Shown in pieces: positions 1 through 7,831 of a DNA stretch of 37,938 bases; positions within the stretch are counted from its first letter, which is position 1; every line of letters starts with the position of its first letter. Location of the stretch: contig DAOTMQ010000002.1 of assembly GCA_035450385.1 (NCBI GenBank), positions 1 to 37,938 on the forward strand, read 5' to 3'. The translations under genes and the position numbers were made by a program. The DNA is from Kiritimatiellia bacterium. Its GTDB lineage: Bacteria > Verrucomicrobiota > Kiritimatiellia > RFP12 > UBA1067. The notes under the pieces were generated by a model. That model did not search any database and was not told the origin of the DNA. It saw nothing but the letters and a program-made list of their open reading frames with translations.

Positions 1-2
1 TT

Positions 3-101
3 ACACGGGAACTGGGCCTGTCCGGATTCACGGTTTTCAACTACGACGCGAACGCGGAGGCGGTCCTGCCTTGGGTGCGTCTCGGCACCACGGCGGATTA
101 G
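3..101 (+). CDS. 3-prime end of an unidentified CDS entering from the left edge (...AVLPWVRLGTTAD*)
   Basis: Frame 3 is open from the window edge to TAG at 99-101. A small hairpin follows (aagagc/gctctt, 108-126). Only 32 residues are visible, so the product is not recognisable. Confidence 0.3.
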   Translation, partial: TRELGLSGFTVFNYDANAEAVLPWVRLGTTAD

Positions 102-127
102 CCTAAAAAGAGCTTTAAACGCTCTTC

Positions 128-390
128 GGTTTCAGGTTTCATGGTTTCAAGGTTTCATCCAAATCGGGATCGCTATCGGGATCGATCGTTTAGCTATGGA
201 ACACAGGACACACGGAAGGGCATGGCTCGGTTTTTCTCATCCACTGATGGAACAGATGACGCAAGATTCCTTGGGGGGCAGGACGAGTGCAAAAACGGGA
301 GGGACGAGCGTCTGCTCGTCCGCGGGCAAGCGGACGCTTGCACCCGATCCGGTGCTTCGCTAGAGATAATGAAACTTGAAACCAGAAACC
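128..390. repeat. Inverted heptamer arrays: 4x GGTTTCA (128-157) and 3x (T/A)GAAAC(C) (370-390) flanking a ~210-bp hairpin-rich non-coding core
   Basis: Direct reading. GGTTTCA units sit at 128, 135, 143 and 151. Their reverse complements sit at 370-375, 377-383 and 384-390. The core holds the hairpins ggacgagc-gtct-gctcgtcc (302-321) and gcaagcg/cgcttgc (326-341). Confidence 0.6.
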
Positions 391-396
391 AAAGGC

Positions 397-906
397 CTAC
401 GCGCTCGCCGCGTCAGCGGAGGCGTCATCCTTGTCCTTATCCTTCGGCGCCGACTCCTTTGCCGCCGGTTCGGGCTCGGGTTTCAATGGCGCTTTCAGGG
501 CGTCGCTGAAGCCCATGCTCTCCGCCGCCCGCAGCAGTTCATCATCCGCCGTAGCCACAAGACAAGTGATGTCGTGCACGGACTTAAGCTCGAGCAGGGT
601 GGCGAGGTGGATGGCCTGCACCGTGCCGACGGCCGTGGGAAAGGCGTCGGCCGCGCGTTGCAGCACGCCGTCGGTGACCGGCACGATCGTGACGCTTTTG
701 CAGACCCGCTCGATCCAAGTGCCGAGCCGCGCGCGTTGTTCGTCATCCAGTTTCCCGGAGAGACGCAGCAGGTTGGCGGTGCGATAACACTCCGTGCGCA
801 TCAGGGCGCTGGCGTAGGCGGCGTCCCATGCGCCCCAGCCCGGCCAAGGGGTCTTGGTTCCGACCAGTTGCCGAATGACGAGGGTCGAATCGAGATAGAC
901 GGTCAT
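397..906 (-). CDS. PIN-domain ribonuclease toxin (VapC-like) with a low-complexity Lys/Asp/Ala/Pro-rich C-terminal tail
   Basis: N-terminus MTVYLDSTLVI carries the first PIN acidic residue. An ATADDEL acidic cluster lies near the C-terminal part of the fold. The start overlaps the upstream antitoxin stop by 4 nt (903-906). Tail: KAPLKPEPEPAAKESAPKDKDKDDASADAASA. Confidence 0.75.
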   Translation of the reverse strand: MTVYLDSTLVIRQLVGTKTPWPGWGAWDAAYASALMRTECYRTANLLRLSGKLDDEQRARLGTWIERVCKSVTIVPVTDGVLQRAADAFPTAVGTVQAIHLATLLELKSVHDITCLVATADDELLRAAESMGFSDALKAPLKPEPEPAAKESAPKDKDKDDASADAASA

Positions 907-1160
907 CTTTTTTTTCTTTCCTGAATGAGTTGTTTGACGGGGTCGGTATCAAGACCGAAACCGCCGATCTCCTTGAGTTCCGAGGCCGGCCTGGTCGGCT
1001 GCACGAGCGGAAGCCTGCCGGTCTCGCCGTCATCAGCCAGAATGCGCGCGATCACGCGCTTGTGACTGGTGACCAACACTTCCTTGCCTTGACGCGCAAG
1101 GCCCAGGTAGTGGCTGAGCTTTTGTTTAAGCGTAGCTGTGTTAACCGTTGTCATGTCCAT
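903..1160 (-). CDS. Phd/YefM-family antitoxin
   Basis: M(DM)TTVNTATLKQKLSHYLGLARQGKEVLVTSHKRVIARI matches the Phd/YefM N-terminal pattern. Its stop overlaps the PIN start (ATGA). The ORF-track start at 1196 is a TTG. ATGs at 1160 or 1154 are more plausible. Confidence 0.7.
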   Translation of the reverse strand: MDMTTVNTATLKQKLSHYLGLARQGKEVLVTSHKRVIARILADDGETGRLPLVQPTRPASELKEIGGFGLDTDPVKQLIQERKKR

Positions 1161-1211
1161 ATAATAGACATACCGTGTCCACTTTTGCAAGTGCAATGTG
1201 AGAAAAATCGC

Positions 1212-1236
1212 GTGACATTTTCTTGTTAAATGTCAC
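1212..1236. promoter_or_regulatory. Operator-like palindrome GTGACATTT-N7-AAATGTCAC in the divergent antitoxin / carboxyltransferase intergenic region
   Basis: Perfect 9-bp inverted arms read directly from the sequence. The site lies upstream of a TTGCAA(1185-1190)-N18-TATTAT(1161-1166) minus-strand promoter-like pair. Confidence 0.4.
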
Positions 1237-1290
1237 AATGGAAGCCCTTTTTTTGGCCCGCATCAGGAGCTTTTGGAGAACGACCCCTTT

Positions 1291-3186
1291 ATGAAAAAGA
1301 GTGAACAGAAAAAAGCGGCCGCCGCAACGGCCGCGCTGCGGATCCGTATTACCGACACCACCCTGCGCGATGCGCACCAGTCGCTCTGGGCGACCCGTAT
1401 GCGTACCGACGACATTCTCGCCATTGCCGAGGCGGTGGATGGTGCCGGGTACTACTCTCTGGAGTGTTGGGGCGGCGCCACCTTTGATGTCTGCCTGCGT
1501 TTCCTGCGCGAGAATCCTTGGGAGCGCCTGCGCCAGTTGAAGTCGGTCTGCAAAAAGACGCCGTTGCAGATGCTGTTGCGCGGCCAGAACATCCTCGGGT
1601 ACAAGAACTATCCGGATGATGTGCTGGAACGTTTCGTGGCGCTGGCCTGCGAGAACGGCATGGACATCTTCCGTATTTTCGATGCGCTGAACGACACGCG
1701 CAATCTTGAACGGGCGATTCAGGCGGTCAAGAAGTACGGTGGTCACGCGCAGGGCACGATCTGCTATACGTTCAGCCCGGTGCACACCGTTGATAACTTT
1801 GTGGCGATTGCCAAGGAGCAGGTGTCGATGGGCATCGACACGCTCTGCATCAAGGACATGGCCGGTATTCTGACGCCGGCTGCGGCCACCGAATTGGTGG
1901 GGGCGTTGGTCAAGGCGGTGAAGGTGCCGGTCCAACTTCATTCGCACATGACCAGCGGCATGGCTGCGGCGATGTACCTCTCCGCCGTTAAGGCCGGTGC
2001 GGGTGCGATCGATACTGCGGTTTCGACCATGTCTGGTTTTTCATCGCAGCCGCCCACCGAGACCATGGTGGCGATTCTGGAAGCCGAAGGGTATGCGACC
2101 GGACTCGATCCCGTTAGGGTCGCCAAGGTCAACGCTCACTTCCGCAACCTCAAAAAGGTGCGCCAGCCCTCCTCGTCCGGCGCGGTGGAGTCGGTGGACG
2201 CCGACGTGCTGCGCCATCACATTCCGGGCGGCATGATCTCGAACCTGCGCTCGCAACTCCAGCAGCAGGACGCGCTGGACCGTCTGCCCGAGGTGCTCGA
2301 AGAACTGCCGCGTACCCGCGCCGACATGGGGTATCCGCCGCTCGTCACGCCGACCAGCCAGATCGTTGGCGTGCAGGCCGTGCTCAATGTGCTGGCCGGC
2401 AAACGTTACGAGATGGTCACGCAGGAAACGCGCGACTACGTCAAGGGGCTCTACGGCCGCTCACCCGCTCCGATCGATCCCAAGTTGGCCAAGAAGATTC
2501 TCGCCGGTGAAAAGCCGGTCTCCTGCCGTCCGGCTGATCTGCTCAAGCCGGGGTTGGCCGACGCCGCCGCGCAGATCGATCCCAAGCTGATTGAGAAGGA
2601 AGAGGACATCCTTTCGTATTGTCTCTTCCCTGAAGTGGCGCTCGGTTATTTCAAGTGGCGCGCCAAGCCTGTTGACCAGCGCGATGCGATTCCGGCTGAC
2701 ATTGAAGAGGGCAATGGCCCCAAAGCAGAGGCGCAGGCGCAAGCAGAAGAACCCGTGCCGCCAGCTCAGGCTGACGCCGAGACGCAGCGCCTCGCAGAAA
2801 TCGGCCGCTTTGTCGTGTCGCTCGCCGGATTGGTGCAGGGCGCGGGATCGGCGGTCACCGCACCTGTCCTTCCGCCCTCCGCTCCGGCCGTGGCGGCTCC
2901 CGCCGCCAAGCCTGAGAAGCCTGCCAAGGCGGCGGATGCCGCACCGCAGGGGCCGACGATCAACGCGCCGTTGAGCGGTACCTTTTACCGCTCAGCCGGT
3001 CCCGGCAAGCCCGAACTCGCCAAAGAGGGGGAAAGCCTCAAGGCGGGAGATCCGCTCTGCATCGTGGAGGCCATGAAGCTCTTCAACCAGATCAAGGCGG
3101 ACAAGCCGCTCAAGATCGTGAAGTTCATGGTCGAGCATGGTGCTGTGGTGTCAAAGGGTCAGCCTTTGGCGGTCGTCAGCTACTAA
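1291..3186 (+). CDS. Biotin-dependent carboxyltransferase with a C-terminal biotinyl domain (pyruvate carboxylase subunit B / oxaloacetate decarboxylase alpha type)
   Basis: N-terminal ITDTTLRDAHQSL...ECWGGATFD is the HMGL-like/carboxyltransferase signature. A long Ala/Pro linker follows, then a biotinyl domain with EAMKLFNQI (biotin-Lys motif, AMKL variant). The first ATG is at 1291; the track start at 1273 is a TTG. Confidence 0.85.
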   Translation: MKKSEQKKAAAATAALRIRITDTTLRDAHQSLWATRMRTDDILAIAEAVDGAGYYSLECWGGATFDVCLRFLRENPWERLRQLKSVCKKTPLQMLLRGQNILGYKNYPDDVLERFVALACENGMDIFRIFDALNDTRNLERAIQAVKKYGGHAQGTICYTFSPVHTVDNFVAIAKEQVSMGIDTLCIKDMAGILTPAAATELVGALVKAVKVPVQLHSHMTSGMAAAMYLSAVKAGAGAIDTAVSTMSGFSSQPPTETMVAILEAEGYATGLDPVRVAKVNAHFRNLKKVRQPSSSGAVESVDADVLRHHIPGGMISNLRSQLQQQDALDRLPEVLEELPRTRADMGYPPLVTPTSQIVGVQAVLNVLAGKRYEMVTQETRDYVKGLYGRSPAPIDPKLAKKILAGEKPVSCRPADLLKPGLADAAAQIDPKLIEKEEDILSYCLFPEVALGYFKWRAKPVDQRDAIPADIEEGNGPKAEAQAQAEEPVPPAQADAETQRLAEIGRFVVSLAGLVQGAGSAVTAPVLPPSAPAVAAPAAKPEKPAKAADAAPQGPTINAPLSGTFYRSAGPGKPELAKEGESLKAGDPLCIVEAMKLFNQIKADKPLKIVKFMVEHGAVVSKGQPLAVVSY

Positions 3187-3191
3187 GATTC

Positions 3192-4160
3192 ATGCGATAT
3201 CGGCCCCAACATCTCGTAGAGTATGGCGCGCTGCGCGGTGTGGCCGCCCTGCTCCATGCGCTGCCGTACCGGGCGGCGCTGGCGGTGGCTTGGGGCTTCG
3301 CCGCTATCGCCTTCCATCTCGTCCGCTTCCGGCGGCGCGAAACGGCGCGGCGTATCCGCGAGGTGTTCGGCGATACGATATCCGACCGCGAGGTGCGCCG
3401 GATCGCTTGGCTCTCCTTGCGCAACATGGCCTTCAACATTGTGGAGATGATGCGGGCGCCGCGCATCGACCGCGCATGGATCGATCGCCACATTCCCACG
3501 TTTCGCGATCACATCGGCAAGGTGCAAGAGTTGATCGCGGAGCATGGGGGAGCTGTCATTGCGGTGCCGCACATGGGCAACTGGGATCTTGCCGGCTGGG
3601 CTTGCCACCGCTACGGCATCCAAATGTTCAGTATCGCCGGCAAGCAGAAGAATCCGCTGGTAAATGCGTGGATCAACCGTCTGCGCGAATCCGGCATGAC
3701 GGTTCTCGAGCGCGGCAGCGGTACGCTCAGGCAGATCATCAAGCTACTACGCGGCGGCAACGTGTTGGCGATCCTGCCGGATGTGCGGGTCTACACGCCC
3801 GACTTGCAGGTACCCTTTCTTGGCTCGACCGCCAATGTCGGGCGCGGCATGGCGATGTTTGCGATCACCGCGCGCGTACCGATCATTCCGGCGATCCTGC
3901 GGCGTGAAGGATGGGGGTGTCACGGCTTCGATCACCTCCCCGCCATCTTCCCCGATCCCACGCTGAGCAAGGAAGAAGACGCCCGCCGCATCACGGAGGC
4001 GGTTCTGGCAAATGTGGACGCCGCGATTCGGCAGGCGCCCGAGCAATGGCTTTGGTACAACAAGCGCTGGGTGTTGACGCCGGTTCGCGGCGTCGCGCCG
4101 ACGGCACCGTCTACCCCTGACGAGAATGAAAGGAACGCGAATCATGATCCGAGTCAATAA
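3192..4160 (+). CDS. LpxL/HtrB-family lipid A (lysophospholipid) acyltransferase
   Basis: HMGNWDL (HX4D acyltransferase motif). The N-terminal hydrophobic segment and overall length fit the family. The start is 5 nt after the upstream stop. Confidence 0.7.
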   Translation: MRYRPQHLVEYGALRGVAALLHALPYRAALAVAWGFAAIAFHLVRFRRRETARRIREVFGDTISDREVRRIAWLSLRNMAFNIVEMMRAPRIDRAWIDRHIPTFRDHIGKVQELIAEHGGAVIAVPHMGNWDLAGWACHRYGIQMFSIAGKQKNPLVNAWINRLRESGMTVLERGSGTLRQIIKLLRGGNVLAILPDVRVYTPDLQVPFLGSTANVGRGMAMFAITARVPIIPAILRREGWGCHGFDHLPAIFPDPTLSKEEDARRITEAVLANVDAAIRQAPEQWLWYNKRWVLTPVRGVAPTAPSTPDENERNANHDPSQ

Positions 4161-5367
4161 GCATTATGCCAAGTTGCAATCCTCCTATCTCTTTTCCGAA
4201 ATCGCCAAGCGCGTCAAAGCCTACCAAGCCGAAAATCCCGCGAAGAAGGTGATCCGTCTCGGTATCGGCGACGTGACCGAGCCGTTGCCCCTCGCCTGCA
4301 TCGAGGCTTTGCACAAGGCGGTCGACGAGATGGCCGCACGCGCGACGTTCCGCGGATACGGCCCGGAGCAGGGCTACGACTTCCTGCGCGAGGCCATCGC
4401 ACAGAACGACTATCGGGCTCGCGGTGCCCAGATCAACGCAGACGAGGTGTTTGTGAGTGACGGCGCGAAGTGCGACACCGCGAACATTCAGGAACTCTTC
4501 GACGACAAAATAACGATCGCTATCCCTGATCCCGTGTATCCGGTCTACGTCGACACCAACGTGATGGCGGGGCGCACGGGCAAGGTCAGCAAAGGCCGCT
4601 ACAAGGGATTGGTCTATCTCGACAGCACGGTCGAGAACGGCTTTGTGCCCGCGCTGCCCGAGCAGCCGGTTGACCTGATCTATCTCTGCTTCCCGAACAA
4701 CCCCACCGGCGCGACCGCCACGCGCGAGCAACTCGCCGCTTGGGTGCGTTATGCGCGGGACAACAAGGCGCTGATTCTGTTTGACGCTGCGTATGAAGCC
4801 TTTGTCCGCGATCCGGCGTTGCCGCGCAGCATCTACGAGATCGAAGGCGCGCGCGACGTGGCGATCGAATTCCGCAGCTTCTCCAAGACCGCCGGTTTCA
4901 CCGGCACGCGCTGCGCCTTCACGGTGGTGCCGAAGTCAGTGATGGCCTACACCAAGAAGGACGAGGCGGTGGCGTTGCATCCGATGTGGAACCGCCGCCA
5001 CACCACCAAGTTCAACGGCGTTTCGTACCCGATCCAGCGCGCGGCCGAGGCCATCTACTCGCCGGAGGGCAAGGTACAGACACGCGCGCTGACCGACTTC
5101 TATCTCGGCAACGCCGCGCTGATCCGTGACACGCTGGCCGACCTCGGCTTCGCGATGACCGGCGGTGAGAACAGCCCTTACATCTGGGTCAACGTCGGCA
5201 AGGATTCCTGGAAGTTCTTCGACAAGTTGCTGAAACGCGCACAGGTGGTCACCACGCCCGGCGCGGGCTTCGGCCGTTGCGGCGAGGGCTTCATCCGCAT
5301 CAGCGCCTTCAACAGCCGCGAGGCGGTCGAAGAAGCCATGCAACGCCTGCGCAAAGTGATCAAATAG
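4144..5367 (+). CDS. dapL: LL-diaminopimelate aminotransferase
   Basis: [24 protein letters not shown]...[13 protein letters not shown] is the typical DapL N-terminus. [15 protein letters not shown] is the PLP-lysine region. AAAGGAA lies upstream of the ATG at 4144. The gene overlaps the upstream gene by 17 nt. Confidence 0.85.
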   Translation: MIRVNKHYAKLQSSYLFSEIAKRVKAYQAENPAKKVIRLGIGDVTEPLPLACIEALHKAVDEMAARATFRGYGPEQGYDFLREAIAQNDYRARGAQINADEVFVSDGAKCDTANIQELFDDKITIAIPDPVYPVYVDTNVMAGRTGKVSKGRYKGLVYLDSTVENGFVPALPEQPVDLIYLCFPNNPTGATATREQLAAWVRYARDNKALILFDAAYEAFVRDPALPRSIYEIEGARDVAIEFRSFSKTAGFTGTRCAFTVVPKSVMAYTKKDEAVALHPMWNRRHTTKFNGVSYPIQRAAEAIYSPEGKVQTRALTDFYLGNAALIRDTLADLGFAMTGGENSPYIWVNVGKDSWKFFDKLLKRAQVVTTPGAGFGRCGEGFIRISAFNSREAVEEAMQRLRKVIK

Positions 5368-5401
5368 GTAATAACGCTCAACGTTCAAGTAAAATGCAGA
5401 T

Positions 5402-5451
5402 GTGGCACGGGCATCTTGCCCGTGTTTCATGGGCGGGGACGCCCATGCCAC
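5402..5451 (+). repeat. REP-like double-hairpin element, copy 1
   Basis: GTGGCACGGGCATCTTGCCCGTGTTTCATGGGCGGGGACGCCCATGCCAC. It has two 8-bp hairpins closed by GTGG/CCAC. The same unit recurs at 8131, 17438 and 37511. Confidence 0.8.
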
Positions 5452-5763
5452 GAGGGGTTTTCAAGAGTCTCGTATGTAAGCCTGGCGCGAGGATTTGGAG
5501 TGCGGCGGCAAGCGGTATTCCGCGCGACGCCGCTTTTTGCGCGTTGAAAGTTGAACGTTGAGAGTTGAGCGTTTCCGGGGCGGAGAGAGTGGTGCCGTGG
5601 CCTGAAAGGTCACTTCAAAAAAACGGTCGGACGCGGGGTTGAAGTGCCCCTTCAGGGCACGAGAAGGCAGGGTGACGTTACCCGGGGCTGCGCTGCGCTT
5701 GCCCCGGGCTATGGTGCATCCGGCCCTTTGGGCCGGTGGGAGGGCGAGCGTCCCCGCGAGCCG

Positions 5764-5975
5764 CACTTAGTCCCTACACTTAATCCCTGCACTTCGTCGT
5801 TTACACTTAGCCCAAACACAAACACTTAGTCGGTTAGTCTCCCCACTGGTCGCCAGCACAAGCGACTGAGTTTTGGGGATCGGTGCGTATGCAGGACTAA
5901 GTGTGGAGACTAAATGTATGCGGGACTAAGTGTGGAGACTAAGTGTATTCGACTAAGAGTGGGGACAAAGTGTGT
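5764..5975. repeat. Dense inverted array of ACTAAGTG / CACTTAG octamers, including a 29-bp tandem duplication (5891-5919, 5920-5948)
   Basis: Five CACTTA(G/A)-type units lie in 5764-5843. Five to six CTAA(G/A)TG units lie in 5891-5975. The two 29-mers differ at 2 positions. Confidence 0.65.
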
Positions 5976-6027
5976 CTCCGCGCACAGCGCGGAGAGAAAG
6001 CGGTGCCGCGACCCGCGCACAGCGCGG
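5976..6027. repeat. Two CCGCGCACAGCGCGG hairpin palindromes (5976-5994, 6013-6027); a related copy lies at 8015-8045
   Basis: CTCCGCGC-ACA-GCGCGGAG is a perfect palindrome. The same core occurs again 20 nt downstream and on the other side of the island. Confidence 0.6.
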
Positions 6028-6140
6028 CTCTTGTCACCGCACTCCAAAATTTTTCCGCCGCGCCATGCGCGGCACAACCTTTATGCGCCCACGTAGCGGG
6101 AAATCATGTCCCAAAAACGCAACTCCTTACCTCTTACTTA

Positions 6141-6767
6141 TTACCTCTTACTTCGTGTCCGGCGGCGGGCGGCGTATTTGGCGGGGGATTCTTTCACGCT
6201 GAAGCCGATTTTGCGCGGGGGTGGCGGCGGGGCGGGATGCTCTGGCGGGTCGATCAAGTCCAGAATGCGTTGCATCACTTCAACAATGGCGGCGTCGTGC
6301 GAATCGAGGCGTGACTTGACCTCGCATTCAAGCGTTGCCAGTTTACGCGCCAGCTCACGGGTATCAGAGAGCGCGGCTCGCATTTTCGTGAAGGCGCGTA
6401 CCACGAAGACGCTCATCTCCATCGCCCGCTTGCTATTGAGCACATTAGCCGCCATCAGAGCGCCGTGCTCGGTGAAGACGCGAGGCGGATGCTTGCGATG
6501 TTGTCCGCGCTTTAAGATCACATTTTGTGATCTTAAAGCTGTAACGGCTTCCCATTCGATTTTTGAAAGCGTAAAGGAGAAATCCTCCGGGAAACGGTCT
6601 GGATTGCGCTTGACCTGCTGGTTGAGGGTGCGGACTTCTGCGCCGTATATCTCCGCCAAGTCGCTATCGAGAATCACCCTTTCGCCTCGGATGGTAAGGA
6701 TCCGGTCTTGCAGATCGGGTACGACATCAATCTCCTGTTTGGTCTGCTTCTTTTGGGGTGTGCTCAT
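6141..6767 (-). CDS. ORF6N-domain (KilA-N-like) DNA-binding protein with a coiled-coil and basic C-terminus
   Basis: IRGERVILDSDLAEIYGAEVRTLNQQVKRNPDRFPEDFSFTL...LRSQ...FTEHGALMAANVLNSKRAMEMSVFVVRAF matches the ORF6N family pattern. Codon third positions look more A/T-rich than in neighbouring genes. Confidence 0.8.
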   Translation of the reverse strand: MSTPQKKQTKQEIDVVPDLQDRILTIRGERVILDSDLAEIYGAEVRTLNQQVKRNPDRFPEDFSFTLSKIEWEAVTALRSQNVILKRGQHRKHPPRVFTEHGALMAANVLNSKRAMEMSVFVVRAFTKMRAALSDTRELARKLATLECEVKSRLDSHDAAIVEVMQRILDLIDPPEHPAPPPPPRKIGFSVKESPAKYAARRRTRSKR

Positions 6768-6777
6768 CTTTTTTTCT

Positions 6778-6837
6778 CAGAGTGATCAATTCAAGTGTTG
6801 CGCATGATAACCCCATGAGCGGATTTGGACAAGGCGG
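6778..6837 (-). promoter_or_regulatory. Promoter-like repeat, copy B1 (TTGTCC-N17-TATCAT on the minus strand) upstream of the ORF6N gene
   Basis: The -35 element is the complement of 6827-6832 and the -10 is the complement of 6804-6809, with exactly 17 nt between them. About 85 percent identical to copy B2 by eye. Confidence 0.5.
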
Positions 6838-6847
6838 GAAATAACGT

Positions 6848-7831
6848 TCAACGCTCAACTTTCTCAGGGCCAAGCAGCTTCTCGACGCCTGTCACGTCGC
6901 CGAAATATTGCTCGCTCCATGTGTAGAGCGGGTAGCCGTGTGCCTTGCGGTAGGCGACGAGTGCCTCGGTGTTCGCCTTGGACTTGTGCGCAACCGCCTC
7001 GAAGAACAGCCTCGCATGGTCATGCGCGACGCGCAGGTCCTTCACCAGCGAACGTTGCGGCCCCTCGGTGGGGCACGTCTCGGCCGCCGCCACAAATCTC
7101 TCCGCCGCGTCGAAATCCTCGCTCCGGTAGTAGTCGTTGAGGTTTCGGACAAGTCCGCGGCCGAAGTTGAAATAGCGGCCCTTGGCGACAATCGTCTCGA
7201 TGTTCGGTTCGAGACGCTTGTTCCAGACCTCTTCGCGCCAGAACCGGTAATAGGCCTTTACATCGTCCTTGGCCGCGCCATGGGCCTGAAAGAAGTGATC
7301 CTCCCAGTGGGCGAACGGCTTGGACGGATCCTGCATCGCATGCTGCAGGATGTATCGTTCGAACCAGTCGAAGCCGCCGGGCGAGGCTGCGGGTGCGTCA
7401 TAGTCGAAGCCGAGGGTGCCCTGCGAAACCAGATACTGAAAGATCTTGAAGAAGTGCTCTTCCTGACCCGTCGGCAGGTAGGGCGACCGGTAGTAGTGAT
7501 GCCGATTCGGGCGATAGAAGAAGTGCTCCGCCCCCGCCTCCTTCCAACTGTCGACGTAGGATACGATGTCCGCATACGTAAATGACGTCGGCACGAGCCC
7601 GATGACGCTTGCGGCGTCCGGTCGCATTTTTTCCGGCGCGTCTTGCGAGGCGTTGTAGGCGTAGTAGGCGACTTTCACATCTGCGCGGTGCGGGCGCGCG
7701 ACCTTCAGGACCTGATTGCCGAAATAGACATACCGGTCTGCATAGTGCGTCTCCCACTTCGGGTCGACCTTCGCCGGCACGACGTCCAGCGCCTTGCACG
7801 ACGGACACTGGCAGGAGTTCTGTCCCGGCAC
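6848..7831 (-). CDS. DUF4838-like C-terminal fragment (probable 5-prime-truncated gene remnant or pseudogene)
   Basis: It starts at the CQCPSC motif, which in the full-length paralogue (10109-12418, CECEKC) lies about 280 aa after its start. About 280 N-terminal residues are therefore missing. The only start is a GTG with no SD. It is in frame with an upstream 28-codon ORF (7939-7853) that ends in TGA. Confidence 0.6.
   Translation of the reverse strand: MPGQNSCQCPSCKALDVVPAKVDPKWETHYADRYVYFGNQVLKVARPHRADVKVAYYAYNASQDAPEKMRPDAASVIGLVPTSFTYADIVSYVDSWKEAGAEHFFYRPNRHHYYRSPYLPTGQEEHFFKIFQYLVSQGTLGFDYDAPAASPGGFDWFERYILQHAMQDPSKPFAHWEDHFFQAHGAAKDDVKAYYRFWREEVWNKRLEPNIETIVAKGRYFNFGRGLVRNLNDYYRSEDFDAAERFVAAAETCPTEGPQRSLVKDLRVAHDHARLFFEAVAHKSKANTEALVAYRKAHGYPLYTWSEQYFGDVTGVEKLLGPEKVER

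Noticed and set aside
244-262. Hammerhead-ribozyme-like CUGAUGA core in ccaCTGATGGaacagatgacgc
   Set aside because: The motif reads CUGAUGG rather than CUGAUGA, and I could not place the matching GAAA/stem II-III elements around it.
141-924. Plus-strand ORFs 141-509, 376-924 and 431-787
   Set aside because: They run through the heptamer-repeat element and antisense to the PIN gene. Their composition is low-complexity (Arg/Ser/Pro), and the PIN reading on the minus strand explains the region.
1141-1947. 268-aa minus-strand ORF antisense to the carboxyltransferase gene, and the similar antisense ORFs 20060-20959, 21142-21915, 22172-23233, 25121-25870, 26705-27466, 30997-31707 and 33583-34353
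   Set aside because: All lie inside well-supported genes on the opposite strand. They have Arg/Pro/His-rich compositions typical of GC-rich shadow frames, and they lack RBS or motif support.
5390-5766. Short ORFs translating the repeats (5277-5561, 5461-5766, 5644-5829, 8090-8314, 17073-17540, 36975-37559)
   Set aside because: Their peptides (WHGHLARVSWAG, ARASCPCFMGGTPMPRG, PGYGASGPLGRWEG) derive from palindromic repeat units that occur in both orientations. That is the behaviour of non-coding repeats, not of genes.
5891-5948. Possible CRISPR array (tandem 29-mers), and other short tandem tracts at 6127-6152, 8065-8087 and 12754-12781
   Set aside because: There are only two adjacent copies with no unique spacers between them. 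The unit length and layout do not fit a repeat-spacer architecture, and no cas genes are present.
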